The notes beneath the pieces were generated by a model. It had not been told where the DNA came from and did no database searches. It saw only the letters and a list, made by a program, of their open reading frames with translations. From Flavobacteriales bacterium (lineage in GTDB: Bacteria; Bacteroidota; Bacteroidia; Flavobacteriales_D; CAJJDF01): DNA of 64,000 bases. The position numbers were made by a program, and so were the translations under genes. The stretch covers positions 7,836 to 71,835 of the forward strand of contig CBFHVI010000004.1 of assembly GCA_965658995.1 (NCBI GenBank), written 5' to 3'. Shown here one piece after another: positions 10,354 to 19,613 of this stretch. Position 1 is the stretch's first letter. Every line of letters starts with the position of its first letter.

Positions 10354-10542
10354 ATTTCTCCGGGTTTAAACAGAAGCACTATTCTTCTTGAAATATTGGA
10401 GTAAGACAAATATAAAATTTGTGCTCGCAGGCCGGAATAACAGAGGAAAAACAAAGTCGAATGTAGAGGAAATGAACAACGAGGCGTTAACTAGTTCCCC
10501 ATTTTTTTAAACCCAATCTGTTAAAATCTTACCAAAAATACC

Positions 10543-10550
10543 TACATTTG
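10543..10550 (+). promoter_or_regulatory. Bacteroidota -7 promoter element for the 10596-13639 unit
   Basis: TACATTTG matches TAnnTTTG, 45 bp upstream of the ATG at 10596. Confidence 0.6.
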
Positions 10551-10595
10551 TTTTAAAGCTAGACCACCAAAAAGTGAAAAAAGCTTAATAAAACA

Positions 10596-11270
10596 ATGAA
10601 AAACAGTAAGTTAAGCCCATATAAAGTAAAAAAAATTATTAAATACTTTTGTGCAGATGTAGATGCCACAAAGGCTAGTTTATTGCTGGGTTTCAACCGA
10701 AAAACTATCAATAGATATTACTCTATATTCAGAAAATGTATCTATACACATCAAAGAGAAAAATTAGAAAAGACAGCAAGTAGTTACTCACTATCAATAG
10801 ATTACGTGAACTCTTTATACAACTATTTTGTAACGGGAAAATCGCAAGGGGAGGAACATAAATTGGTTGTGGTGGTAGAGAACGGAGACAATCTTCACAT
10901 CTATCAACCATACAATTTTGTAGAACATTTTTCTGAAACAGTAAAAAAGGGAGTGTCACACATAGAAGAATCGGTACCAGAAACGTTAAAAAAATATTAC
11001 AAAGGAATAAAAGAGCATAAGTACATAAAGTACATCTCTTTTAGCAATGAAGAAGGAAGTAGAACGAACCGGTTCTTGACTTATGTAAAAAATAGATTGA
11101 GTAAGTTTAATGGCGTGTCCAAATATTACACTTATCACTTAAAAGAATGCGAATGGCGCTGGCAGAAGTCGCAAGAGCAGATGGAAGACGAATTGTGGCA
11201 ATTATTCAAAAACCACGATGGAAATACTTTACTATTTAAGCTTGAAAAAGACCTGGTAAAAGGGAAATAA
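10596..11270 (+). CDS. IS1595 (IS1016-group) transposase-derived protein with degenerate catalytic core
   Basis: N-terminal S(K/R)LS.YK.KKII..F..D..A.K...LLG.NR.TINR.Y..FR HTH and C-terminal K.RL.KFNG.....HLKECEWRW are characteristic of the family. The VEVDESYFG, (S/T)DG(W) and NGIE(S/N)FW catalytic motifs are absent. Confidence 0.75.
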   Translation: MKNSKLSPYKVKKIIKYFCADVDATKASLLLGFNRKTINRYYSIFRKCIYTHQREKLEKTASSYSLSIDYVNSLYNYFVTGKSQGEEHKLVVVVENGDNLHIYQPYNFVEHFSETVKKGVSHIEESVPETLKKYYKGIKEHKYIKYISFSNEEGSRTNRFLTYVKNRLSKFNGVSKYYTYHLKECEWRWQKSQEQMEDELWQLFKNHDGNTLLFKLEKDLVKGK

Positions 11271-11324
11271 CGCACGACAAACAGACTTTCTAAACAAAAA
11301 AACTAGTAACCGAAGACAAAGAAC

Positions 11325-12371
11325 ATGAATAAAACCCAACAATCCCTGTTAGATTCCATTGGAAAAACTCCAATGATAAAACTACACGGCTTAAGTGAAA
11401 TTTACGACACAAATGTGTATGCTAAGCTGGAAGGATTCAACCCAGGTCATTCTGTAAAAGACAGAACTGTCCTCAACATGATTGAGCACGCAGAAAAACA
11501 AGGAAAACTCACTAAAGGAGTTTCAACACTGGTAGAAGCAACCTCGGGAAATACAGGGTTTAGTTTAGCAATGATTTGTGCAATAAAAGGGTACAAATGT
11601 GTAGTATGTGTAAAAGACAAATCTTCTACGGAAAAAATAAACTCGATAAAAGCATTAGGAGCCAAAGTAGTTCTTTGCCCAAGCAATGTAAAAGCTGACG
11701 ATCCAAAATCTTATTACAAGTCAGCAGAAAGGCTGAGTAAACTAATACCTGATGCCTTTTACATCAATCAAAATTACAACCTAGACAATTTTGGTGCACA
11801 TTACCAAACCACCGGTCCCGAAATATGGGAACAAACCGGAGGAAAAGTAACACACTTCATTTCATCTGCAAGTACAGGAGGTACCATTTCTGGAATTTCA
11901 AAATTTCTAAAAGAACAAAATGAAGACGTTGATGTAACTGCCGTAGATAGCGAAGGCTCTGTGCTTAAGCATTATCACGAAACAGGAGAATTCGACAGTC
12001 GTCTAAAAAGAAAAACTATGCTCGAAGGAGTAGGGAAAGACATTATTCCTCCTAATGTTCTAATGGAAAATATAGATCGTTTTATCAAAGTAGAAGACAA
12101 GGAAAGTGTGAAGAATATTTTGAAACTTGCACGAACCGAAGGGATAATGGCAGGAGGATCTTGTGGAGCAACTATTGAAGGACTCAAGGCAATTGCTCCA
12201 GGACTTAATAAAAACCACACCGTAGTACTTTTGTTTAGTGATCACGGAAGTAAATATTTATCAAAATTTTATGATTTTGATTGGCAAAAAGAAAACGGAT
12301 ATTCCTCAGAAAAAGAGGATGAATTAACCACAGTAATCAACGAATTTTATTTTAACAACAACAACAAGTAA
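11325..12371 (+). CDS. PLP-dependent cysteine synthase/CBS family enzyme, probable cysteate synthase (CapA-like)
   Basis: KLEGFNPGHSVKDR (PLP Lys), EATSGNTG, STGGTISG; adjacent to a CapB-like gene. Confidence 0.75.
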   Translation: MNKTQQSLLDSIGKTPMIKLHGLSEIYDTNVYAKLEGFNPGHSVKDRTVLNMIEHAEKQGKLTKGVSTLVEATSGNTGFSLAMICAIKGYKCVVCVKDKSSTEKINSIKALGAKVVLCPSNVKADDPKSYYKSAERLSKLIPDAFYINQNYNLDNFGAHYQTTGPEIWEQTGGKVTHFISSASTGGTISGISKFLKEQNEDVDVTAVDSEGSVLKHYHETGEFDSRLKRKTMLEGVGKDIIPPNVLMENIDRFIKVEDKESVKNILKLARTEGIMAGGSCGATIEGLKAIAPGLNKNHTVVLLFSDHGSKYLSKFYDFDWQKENGYSSEKEDELTTVINEFYFNNNNK

Positions 12372-12376
12372 GAAAG

Positions 12377-13639
12377 ATGACAGATTTATTTGACAAAATC
12401 GCCAAAGGAGGAGAACTAGGAAGATACCGATCAAAAACAGAAGGGTACTTTATGTTTCCAAAGTTAGAAGGAGAATTGGCTCCAAGAATGATGTTTAATG
12501 GAAAAGAAGTGCTAAACTGGAGTTTGAACAACTACCTAGGATTAGGAAATCATCCAGAAGTTAGAAAAGTAGATGCCGATGCAGCTGCAGACTGGGGATT
12601 GGCCTACCCTATGGGAAGTAGAATGATGAGTGGAAACACGAAGTATCACGAGCAATTAGAAAACGAACTAGCAGACTTTACTAAAATGGAAGCTGGGTTA
12701 TTGGTGAACTTTGGCTACCAAGCCATGGCAAGTTGTGTAGATGCGCTGGTAGACAGACACGATGTGATTGTGTACGACCAAGAGTCGCATGCTTGTATCA
12801 TTGATGGGGTAAGAATGCACCAAGGAAAACGATACATGTTTAAACACAATGACATGGAGAGTTTTGAAAAAAACTTAAAAAGAGCCGAAAAATTAGCCAA
12901 TGAAACTGGAGGAGGGATTTTGGTAATCTCTGAAGGAGTTTTTGGGATGAGAGGTGACCAAGGAAAACTGAAAGAAATTATCGAGTTTAAAAAACAATAC
13001 AACTTCAGAATCTTGGTAGACGATGCTCACGGTTTTGGTGTATTAGGAAAAACTGGATACGGAACAGGTGAGGAGCAGGGAGTTCAAGACCAAATTGATG
13101 TGTACTTTGCCACTTTTGCCAAATCAATGGCAGGTATTGGAGCGTTTTTGGGAGGAAGTAGAGAAGTAATTGATTTCTTGAAATACAACCTGCGTTCGCA
13201 AGTCTATGCCAAGTCATTGCCTATGCCATTTGTAATAGGAGCGCTCAAACGATTGGACATGATGAGAAGTGATTTGTCTTTCAAAAACAAATTGTGGGAG
13301 AATGTAAATATGCTTCAGAACGGACTGAAAGAAAGAGGATTTGAGATTGGAAACACCAACTCGTGTGTGACTCCTGTTTATATGCAAGGATCGCTCGAAG
13401 AAGCTACGCACTTAGCGTACGACCTCCGAGAGAATTTCCGAATTTTCTGTTCGATTGTGGTGTACCCAGTAATTCCAAAAGGAATGATTATTTTCAGATT
13501 AATTCCTACAGCTTCGCACAGCAAAGAAGACGTGCTCGAAACTTTGGATGCCTTTGAAGTAGTACACAAAAAATTGGTTGCCAAAGAATACGATTTGCCG
13601 GAAATGGCAACATTCGACTTGGAGGAAAACCATGTTTAA
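12377..13639 (+). CDS. alpha-oxoamine synthase family PLP enzyme, probable cysteate C-fatty-acyltransferase (CapB/SulA-like)
   Basis: GYFMFPKLEGE, NNYLGL, HACIIDG, VDDAHG, TFAKS motifs of the AONS/SPT family; N-terminus resembles the Flavobacterial CapB clade. Confidence 0.75.
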   Translation: MTDLFDKIAKGGELGRYRSKTEGYFMFPKLEGELAPRMMFNGKEVLNWSLNNYLGLGNHPEVRKVDADAAADWGLAYPMGSRMMSGNTKYHEQLENELADFTKMEAGLLVNFGYQAMASCVDALVDRHDVIVYDQESHACIIDGVRMHQGKRYMFKHNDMESFEKNLKRAEKLANETGGGILVISEGVFGMRGDQGKLKEIIEFKKQYNFRILVDDAHGFGVLGKTGYGTGEEQGVQDQIDVYFATFAKSMAGIGAFLGGSREVIDFLKYNLRSQVYAKSLPMPFVIGALKRLDMMRSDLSFKNKLWENVNMLQNGLKERGFEIGNTNSCVTPVYMQGSLEEATHLAYDLRENFRIFCSIVVYPVIPKGMIIFRLIPTASHSKEDVLETLDAFEVVHKKLVAKEYDLPEMATFDLEENHV

Positions 13640-13664
13640 TCTACACAGGTTTTGCAAATATTTT

Positions 13665-13692
13665 AATGCTCATCTTTTGGTGAGCATTTTTT
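13665..13692 (+). terminator. intrinsic terminator
   Basis: AATGCTCA-loop-TGAGCATT followed by a T run. Confidence 0.8.
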
Positions 13693-13729
13693 GTTTAAAA
13701 TCATATTACCAAACGATTAATCAGGCATT

Positions 13730-15529
13730 TTATTCTTTCATAATCTTGTAGCTTCTAGTAAAATTATCTGAAGTTATCTTTAAAATATAAATTCCTGCAG
13801 GATATTGCGACAAATCAATGGATGTATTTTGCTGACTGAGGCTTTGTGAGTAAATAAGCTTTCCCATATTGGATAATAAATCAATTTTATTGCTTTTAGA
13901 AAAAATAGGCTGCAAAGTCATAACATTAATTATTGAAGAAGTAGGGTTTGGATAAATACGGATGTCATTTTTCGAATTTTCGAGTTTATCCACAGAAACC
14001 ACATAACCACTAAAACAAGTACTAGTAAATGCGTTACTTAATTCTGTACTAATAGCCAAAACGGCAGTTGAATCCTTACAAACACATCTTCCATCATTAA
14101 AATTATAAGTAATGTATGCTGCATCTGTTTCAAAAGCCTTAAAGGCACATTGCTCAAACGTTAGCGAGTCACTGGTTAGCAATTGTGTGCTATGATTCCA
14201 ATTGGTAAACAAGGTATTCCCTCCGCTCCAATGATTATTTCCTAGTTCTTGAATAAAGTCACAAGGCTTTAAGAAGAGTAGATACAGGGTTCCACTTCCT
14301 CCAACAACACCAGCACCACCCCCTATATTTACAGCAATTGTTCCATCACCCCTTAAATCACCAATATAAGAGATTGACCTAGAGAATCGCTCAATAGGCG
14401 CTAATACTAATCCAAACCCCCCGTTATTGCCATTGATTTTAGTGTAAGTTTTTACTGTTTTGTCTGAGTTGAGGTATAAAATGTATCCATCACCATCGTT
14501 TTGTTGGTTTGCTCCCGTAATTAGATCAGGAACACCATCTCCATTTAAATCTCCTGGCGTACACATAGCGTGACCAAATGCCGCACCAAATGATCCGTTA
14601 GAGTTAATCGTATCTGACAATTCATCTGCAAACCCATTCAATCCTTCTGTGATTTTTATCTTAGAGTTTACATTGAAAGTTGAAGAATCTAAAGATAGAA
14701 TCCAAATAGCTCCCCTTCCGCTATCTGAAGAAAAAGCACCCACAGCCAGTTCTTTGTGTCCATCATTGTCTATATCACCCAGCATAGCCACCTCTCTTCC
14801 TCCAAAACCATCGTTGTTTGAAAGTCCTGTCCCAAACCCTCCCTGAGTAGAACTGATATCCACTGTTTTAGAATTATCCACGAGAGAATTGGAGTTGAAA
14901 AATAAAATTTTAATAGCTCCCCTTCCTCTTCCTCCATCGTTAGAGGTAGGGTTACACGCCACGATGTCAATTCGTCCATCTCCATCTAAATCCCCAATTG
15001 CCGAAAGACCCTGAGATTCAATATTTTGATTTTTAACGTAGCTTTTCACTTTTCCGTTGGTATCCAAATGAAGGATGTAAACAACCCCACTTGGCACATG
15101 GTTAGCCGATACTGCAATGTCAGGAATTCCATCTCCGTTGTAATCTCCCACACCAGCTACTCCATATCCAAAAAAGCTATTTGTAGTAAGGGTGTCTGTA
15201 AAATCTCCTTCTAACATCGATATTTTTTGATTGAATTTTACTGTTCCGTTATTATTCATAAAAAGAATGTAAACAGCCCCTGCATCCGTTGCTCCATCAT
15301 CATCAGAACGAGCTCCCACTGCAATATCTAGAACCCCGTCCCCATTTAGATCCCCTATCACATCGTGTTCTCGGCTGAACCTGTCTGCTGGATTAAGAGA
15401 AGCGACAAAACCTCCCGAGCCATTTTCAATTTTCACAAAGCCATCTGGTCCCCATTGGGTGGTGGTTTGAGAAAAAAGCGAATTAGCTAAAAATAATAAG
15501 ACGATGATCACTAAAGGGTTTTTTTGCAT
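13730..15529 (-). CDS. FG-GAP (integrin alpha-like) beta-propeller protein with T9SS type A sorting domain
   Basis: Repeated GD.NGDG..DI.VGA Ca-binding blades; C-terminal IYPNP..IDLSQYPAGIYILKI..KIMKE. Confidence 0.9.
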   Translation of the reverse strand: MQKNPLVIIVLLFLANSLFSQTTTQWGPDGFVKIENGSGGFVASLNPADRFSREHDVIGDLNGDGVLDIAVGARSDDDGATDAGAVYILFMNNNGTVKFNQKISMLEGDFTDTLTTNSFFGYGVAGVGDYNGDGIPDIAVSANHVPSGVVYILHLDTNGKVKSYVKNQNIESQGLSAIGDLDGDGRIDIVACNPTSNDGGRGRGAIKILFFNSNSLVDNSKTVDISSTQGGFGTGLSNNDGFGGREVAMLGDIDNDGHKELAVGAFSSDSGRGAIWILSLDSSTFNVNSKIKITEGLNGFADELSDTINSNGSFGAAFGHAMCTPGDLNGDGVPDLITGANQQNDGDGYILYLNSDKTVKTYTKINGNNGGFGLVLAPIERFSRSISYIGDLRGDGTIAVNIGGGAGVVGGSGTLYLLFLKPCDFIQELGNNHWSGGNTLFTNWNHSTQLLTSDSLTFEQCAFKAFETDAAYITYNFNDGRCVCKDSTAVLAISTELSNAFTSTCFSGYVVSVDKLENSKNDIRIYPNPTSSIINVMTLQPIFSKSNKIDLLSNMGKLIYSQSLSQQNTSIDLSQYPAGIYILKITSDNFTRSYKIMKE

Positions 15530-15601
15530 GGAAATAGAATTTATTTAATACTTCTAATAAGACTATGGTTTTTTGAAAAGGTTTAACGCGGTAAAAAAAT
15601 G

Positions 15602-16255
15602 CTACCATTTCTTTTTCCCTACAAACCGTATTACTTTTCCGACTCCATTATGATATATTCCTTCGTTGAGCTCTATTTCTTTTTCTTCAAGTTGAAGAGC
15701 TTCAAATTCATGAAAATCTTTTTTGATGCTTTCTGTAGTAAAGAGCATTTCTAGTTTATTGGGTCCGCCAATCTCTGGATTTTTTTCTCTCAGCGGAAGG
15801 TTGTTGGTGCTAAACCCTTCCAAAATTAGCAATCCACTTGGCTTTATTAATTCTCCTATTCTTTGATGATAAACGGATAAAATAGTGGGAGGAAAATGGG
15901 CATAAATTAACGCAGCCCCATCAAAACTAGCTTCATTAAAATCCATGGACATAAAATCACCTACTTTGTAGTCAATTATCACCCCTTGGGCAGCCGCAAG
16001 TTGGAGAGATTTTTTCTTTCCTTCTTCGCTAATATCAAAGGCAGTTACGTGCAAGCCCTGCTTGGCAGCAAACACAGCATTTCTTCCTTCTCCTTCGGCA
16101 GGAAGTAATATTTTTCCAGCTAGTTTATAGCTAGTTACTGTTTTTTTAAAAAACCCGTTTGGTTCTTTTCCATAAGCAAACTCTTTTGCACCATAGCGGT
16201 TATTCCACATTTCTTTCATTTCATTGTTCATAAACGTTAAGATTTTAATTATCAA
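15602..16255 (-). CDS. class I SAM-dependent methyltransferase
   Basis: WNNRY..YGKEPN.F, LPAEGEGRNA, AFDIS; true start probably a few codons downstream (MNNE/MKEMW). Confidence 0.85.
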   Translation of the reverse strand: MIIKILTFMNNEMKEMWNNRYGAKEFAYGKEPNGFFKKTVTSYKLAGKILLPAEGEGRNAVFAAKQGLHVTAFDISEEGKKKSLQLAAAQGVIIDYKVGDFMSMDFNEASFDGAALIYAHFPPTILSVYHQRIGELIKPSGLLILEGFSTNNLPLREKNPEIGGPNKLEMLFTTESIKKDFHEFEALQLEEKEIELNEGIYHNGVGKVIRFVGKKKW

Positions 16256-16287
16256 TAAAAATTACAAAAACTTATCCGTTCAAAAAA

Positions 16288-16581
16288 TTAAAATGAGCTA
16301 AAAGACAGATTAAAATCGAGAAGGGATGATGCTTTACTTTCGCTCAACAAAAACCTCAAGAAAGCCTTGCTTTTGACCACCAGCACCCGGAACATTTTTC
16401 CTCGTTGTGTGGCAAAATGGTAATCCCATTTCGAGTCTTCTTTTTTTATAAATTCTTGAAACTCGGCAGACGCAATACGAGTAATTTCCGGAATATCTTT
16501 TCCAAAAGGATTGTTCGGTTCTGTCGGAACAAGGATGGTTGAGAGGTCATAAATAAATTGAAAGACGAGAGGATTTGATAT
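16288..16581 (-). pseudogene. remnant of the N-terminal region of a long-form RluA-type pseudouridine synthase
   Basis: Manual translation I(ATA)SNPLVFQF..NNPF..EITRIASAEFQEFI..GKMFRVLVVKS. This resembles the GKMFGVLVV motif. There is no ATG start and the frame is truncated. Confidence 0.55.
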
Positions 16582-16670
16582 AGAGTAAGTGTTACCTTCA
16601 GCAAGCTAAGCTGTTAAAGTAAAAGGGCAGAGCGAATTTATTTCAACTAAAATCTTACTATCTTCACTGT

Positions 16671-17033
16671 ATGCCAAGAATTGATTCTTTTTTATGGTCG
16701 GTGAGGTTGTACAAAACCCGAAGTAAGGCCACAGAAGCCTGTAAGAAAAACAGAATTTTGATCAATGAGTCAGAAGCAAAACCCTCTAAGGAAGTTAAAA
16801 AGGGAGATGTGGTGATGATAAAAAAATCTGGGATAAAATTCGAGTATAAGGTAATAGAAGTTTTGTCCAAAAGAGTAGGAGCAAAACTTGTATCCGACTA
16901 CCTTCAGGACGTTACCAAAATAGAAGAAAAAGAAAAGCTGAAGCTTCAGCAATTGGCCCAAAAAACTTACCGAGACAAGGGAGCTGGAAGGCCTACAAAA
17001 AAAGACAGAAGAGACCTTGAGGACTTTTTGTAA
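16671..17033 (+). CDS. hslR: RNA-binding S4 domain protein / ribosome-associated heat shock protein Hsp15
   Basis: RIDSFLWSVRLYKTRSKA, GRPTKKDRR. Confidence 0.9.
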   Translation: MPRIDSFLWSVRLYKTRSKATEACKKNRILINESEAKPSKEVKKGDVVMIKKSGIKFEYKVIEVLSKRVGAKLVSDYLQDVTKIEEKEKLKLQQLAQKTYRDKGAGRPTKKDRRDLEDFL

Positions 17034-17082
17034 GCGGCAAAATTATTGTGTAACTTTAGGTAGATCCTAAACCGAAAAAACC

Positions 17083-17448
17083 ATTAGCAATAATTTTGAA
17101 ACAACTTGGAATAAAAAAGAATTTAAAGCCTATACGTTACTTTACTGCAGTCAAGTAGATTTGGAAGAATCCAATGCCGAAAGAGGATTGATTGTACAAT
17201 AAGTGGGCAAAGAAAACTACAATCACATTTACCAAGAAATAGAAAAAGATTATGATTACACGCGAGTCCAAAAGATATTGTCTACCTCCAAAAGATTGGA
17301 CTACAACACCGAAAAACTACTTAAAGATATGAGAGAGGTTTTTTTCTCGGACAATGGGTTTGATGAAGTAGAAAAAGGAGTGTTTTTATTACTGAAAAAA
17401 ACTGCTTTACTATGGACCTACTGTTTATCCGAGATGTTTGTTGAGTAA
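17083..17448 (+). pseudogene. pseudogene of a small conserved Flavobacterial TerB-like protein
   Basis: Frame reads I(ATT)SNNFETTWNKKEFKAYTLLYCSQVD..IVQ*(TAA 17200-17202)VGKENYNHIYQEIEKD..FFSDNGFDEVEK: lost start plus in-frame stop. Confidence 0.65.
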
Positions 17449-17595
17449 TCCCAAACTAACTAGCACAGCTCCTATAAAAACGAGTTCGAAATAGGCGTGA
17501 AAAGAATTGCTCAAAACAGAACGAGTAATACCATAACCCATTGCCAGTAACCCAACTACAAATGATAGAAGATGAATAGGTTTTATTTTTTTCAT
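17425..17595 (-). CDS. 56-aa two-TM small membrane protein
   Basis: Below the ORF-track cutoff: MKKIKPIHLLSFVVGLLAMGYGITRSVLSNSFHAYFELVFIGAVLVSLGLLNKHLG*; -7-like TAACTTCA just upstream. Confidence 0.5.
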   Translation of the reverse strand: MKKIKPIHLLSFVVGLLAMGYGITRSVLSNSFHAYFELVFIGAVLVSLGLLNKHLG

Positions 17596-17741
17596 GAATT
17601 GAAGTTACCAAAAATTTCGATGTCATCTGGGTTGCTCCAAACTTAGCCAGTGTAACTTCGTTCCAATTCTTGCGTCTGACATCTTAAGTTTCGTGGAAAC
17701 GCGAAGAATTTTAGTACTTTCGTTTTTTCAAAAAAAGAATC

Positions 17742-19373
17742 ATGATTTCAGTCGATAATTTAGCCGTAGAGTATAGTGGGAGCAACTTGTTTAGCGAAGT
17801 TTCATTTGTAATAAATCCCACAGACAAAATTGCGCTGATGGGAAAAAATGGAGCGGGAAAGTCCACCATGATGAAAATTATTGCGGGCGTTTCTAAACCC
17901 ACCAAAGGCGCTGTAAGAGCCAATAAAGAAACAGTAATAGCTTACCTTCCTCAACACCTGCTCACCGAGGATAATTGTACCGTATTTCAGGAGTCTGCCA
18001 AAGCTTTTAAAGAAGTGTTTGAAATCAAAAACGAAATGGACAAACTCAATATTGAGCTCACCACACGGACTGATTATGAAAGTGACGAATACATGAGAAT
18101 CATTGAGAAAGTGTCGGAATTGGGAGAGAAATACTACGCGCTGGAAGAAGTAAATTATGATGCCGAAGTTGAAAAAGCCCTGAAGGGATTAGGGTTTAAA
18201 CCCGAAGATTTTCATCGCCCCACGAGCGAATTTAGTGGTGGGTGGAGAATGAGAATAGAATTGGCTAAAATTCTCCTTCAGAAACCAGATTTGATTTTAT
18301 TAGATGAGCCCACAAACCACATAGATATTGAGTCGGTGATTTGGTTAGAAGATTTTTTGATCAACAAAGCCAATGCGGTTATGGTAATTTCGCACGACAG
18401 AGCTTTTATTGATAACATTACCAACCGAACTATTGAGGTAACAATGGGAAAAATATACGACTACAAAGCCAATTACTCTCATTACTTGCAGCTCCGTGAA
18501 GAACGAAGGTCACACCAAATAAAGGCCTACAAAGAGCAACAAAAGTTCATCGCAGACAACCAAGCATTCATAGAAAGATTTAAAGGAACTTACTCCAAAA
18601 CCAACCAAGTTACCGCTAGAGAAAGAATGCTTGAAAAACTAGAAATCATTGAAATAGATGAGATAGATACCTCGGCATTGAAATTGAGATTTCCGCCAGC
18701 TCCTCGGTCTGGAGATTATCCTGTTTCGGTAAAAGAAGTGTCCAAATCCTATGACAACCACGTGGTATTCAATGAGGCGAATATGGTAATTTCGAGAGGA
18801 GAAAAAGTATCGTTTGTTGGGCGAAATGGAGAGGGAAAATCTACCATGATAAAAGCTATTTTAGGCGAAATAGAAGTGGATGGAGAATGTAAATTGGGAC
18901 ACAATGTACAAGTAGGGTATTTTGCCCAAAACCAAGCTTCATTATTAGACGAAAGTCTAACAGTTTTTCAAACTATTGACGAAGTTGCCGTAGGCGAGAT
19001 ACGAACACAAATAAAAAATATCTTAGGAAGATTTATGTTCAGTGGAGACGATATTGACAAGAAAGTTGGCGTATTGTCTGGAGGAGAAAAAACGAGGCTC
19101 GCCATGGTAAAACTCTTGCTTGAACCCGTAAATTTACTCATCTTGGATGAGCCTACAAATCATTTAGATTTGAAATCTAAAGATGTACTGAAAGAAGCGT
19201 TGATAGACTTTGATGGAACCTTAATTTTAGTTTCTCACGATAGGGATTTTCTTCAGGGATTATCCGAGAAAGTTTTTGAGTTTAAGAACCAAAGAGTTGT
19301 TGAGCATTTTGAGACTATTGATGCATTTCTAGAAAGAAATAAAATTGAAAAAATAGCAGACATCAATCGGTAA
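17742..19373 (+). CDS. ABC-F family ATPase
   Basis: Two NBDs (GKNGAGKST, FSGGW, LDEPTNH; GRNGEGKST, LSGGEK), no TM domains. Confidence 0.95.
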   Translation: MISVDNLAVEYSGSNLFSEVSFVINPTDKIALMGKNGAGKSTMMKIIAGVSKPTKGAVRANKETVIAYLPQHLLTEDNCTVFQESAKAFKEVFEIKNEMDKLNIELTTRTDYESDEYMRIIEKVSELGEKYYALEEVNYDAEVEKALKGLGFKPEDFHRPTSEFSGGWRMRIELAKILLQKPDLILLDEPTNHIDIESVIWLEDFLINKANAVMVISHDRAFIDNITNRTIEVTMGKIYDYKANYSHYLQLREERRSHQIKAYKEQQKFIADNQAFIERFKGTYSKTNQVTARERMLEKLEIIEIDEIDTSALKLRFPPAPRSGDYPVSVKEVSKSYDNHVVFNEANMVISRGEKVSFVGRNGEGKSTMIKAILGEIEVDGECKLGHNVQVGYFAQNQASLLDESLTVFQTIDEVAVGEIRTQIKNILGRFMFSGDDIDKKVGVLSGGEKTRLAMVKLLLEPVNLLILDEPTNHLDLKSKDVLKEALIDFDGTLILVSHDRDFLQGLSEKVFEFKNQRVVEHFETIDAFLERNKIEKIADINR

Positions 19374-19613
19374 CAAGTTGCCTGCTTTTTTTGTAAAGAA
19401 ATAGTGGTAAAGGCTAAGAACCAATAAAAAAACCGAAAGGAGTAAAACAACGAAGGAATCCTTATTTTGTTTCCATTGGTAATTTGCGTTGTGAAGCACT
19501 GCTACTTAACCCAAATCCACAAACGCTTGGCTAAAAGCCAACAAAGGATAAAAAACAGGTTTTTCTTTCTTCATTCGGGATAGATTTTCATTCTAGCAAA
19601 AAAACAACGGAGA

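Noticed and set aside
10354-11324. Active IS1595 insertion sequence
   Set aside because: No terminal inverted repeat pair or target-site duplication found, and the DDE motifs are missing; reported as a derived gene instead
19374-19574. Possible decayed small membrane protein on the minus strand (MKKEKPVFYPLLAF..*..VVLLLSVFLLVLSLYHYFF)
   Set aside because: In-frame stop at 19506-19508 and no recognisable family; too weak to call
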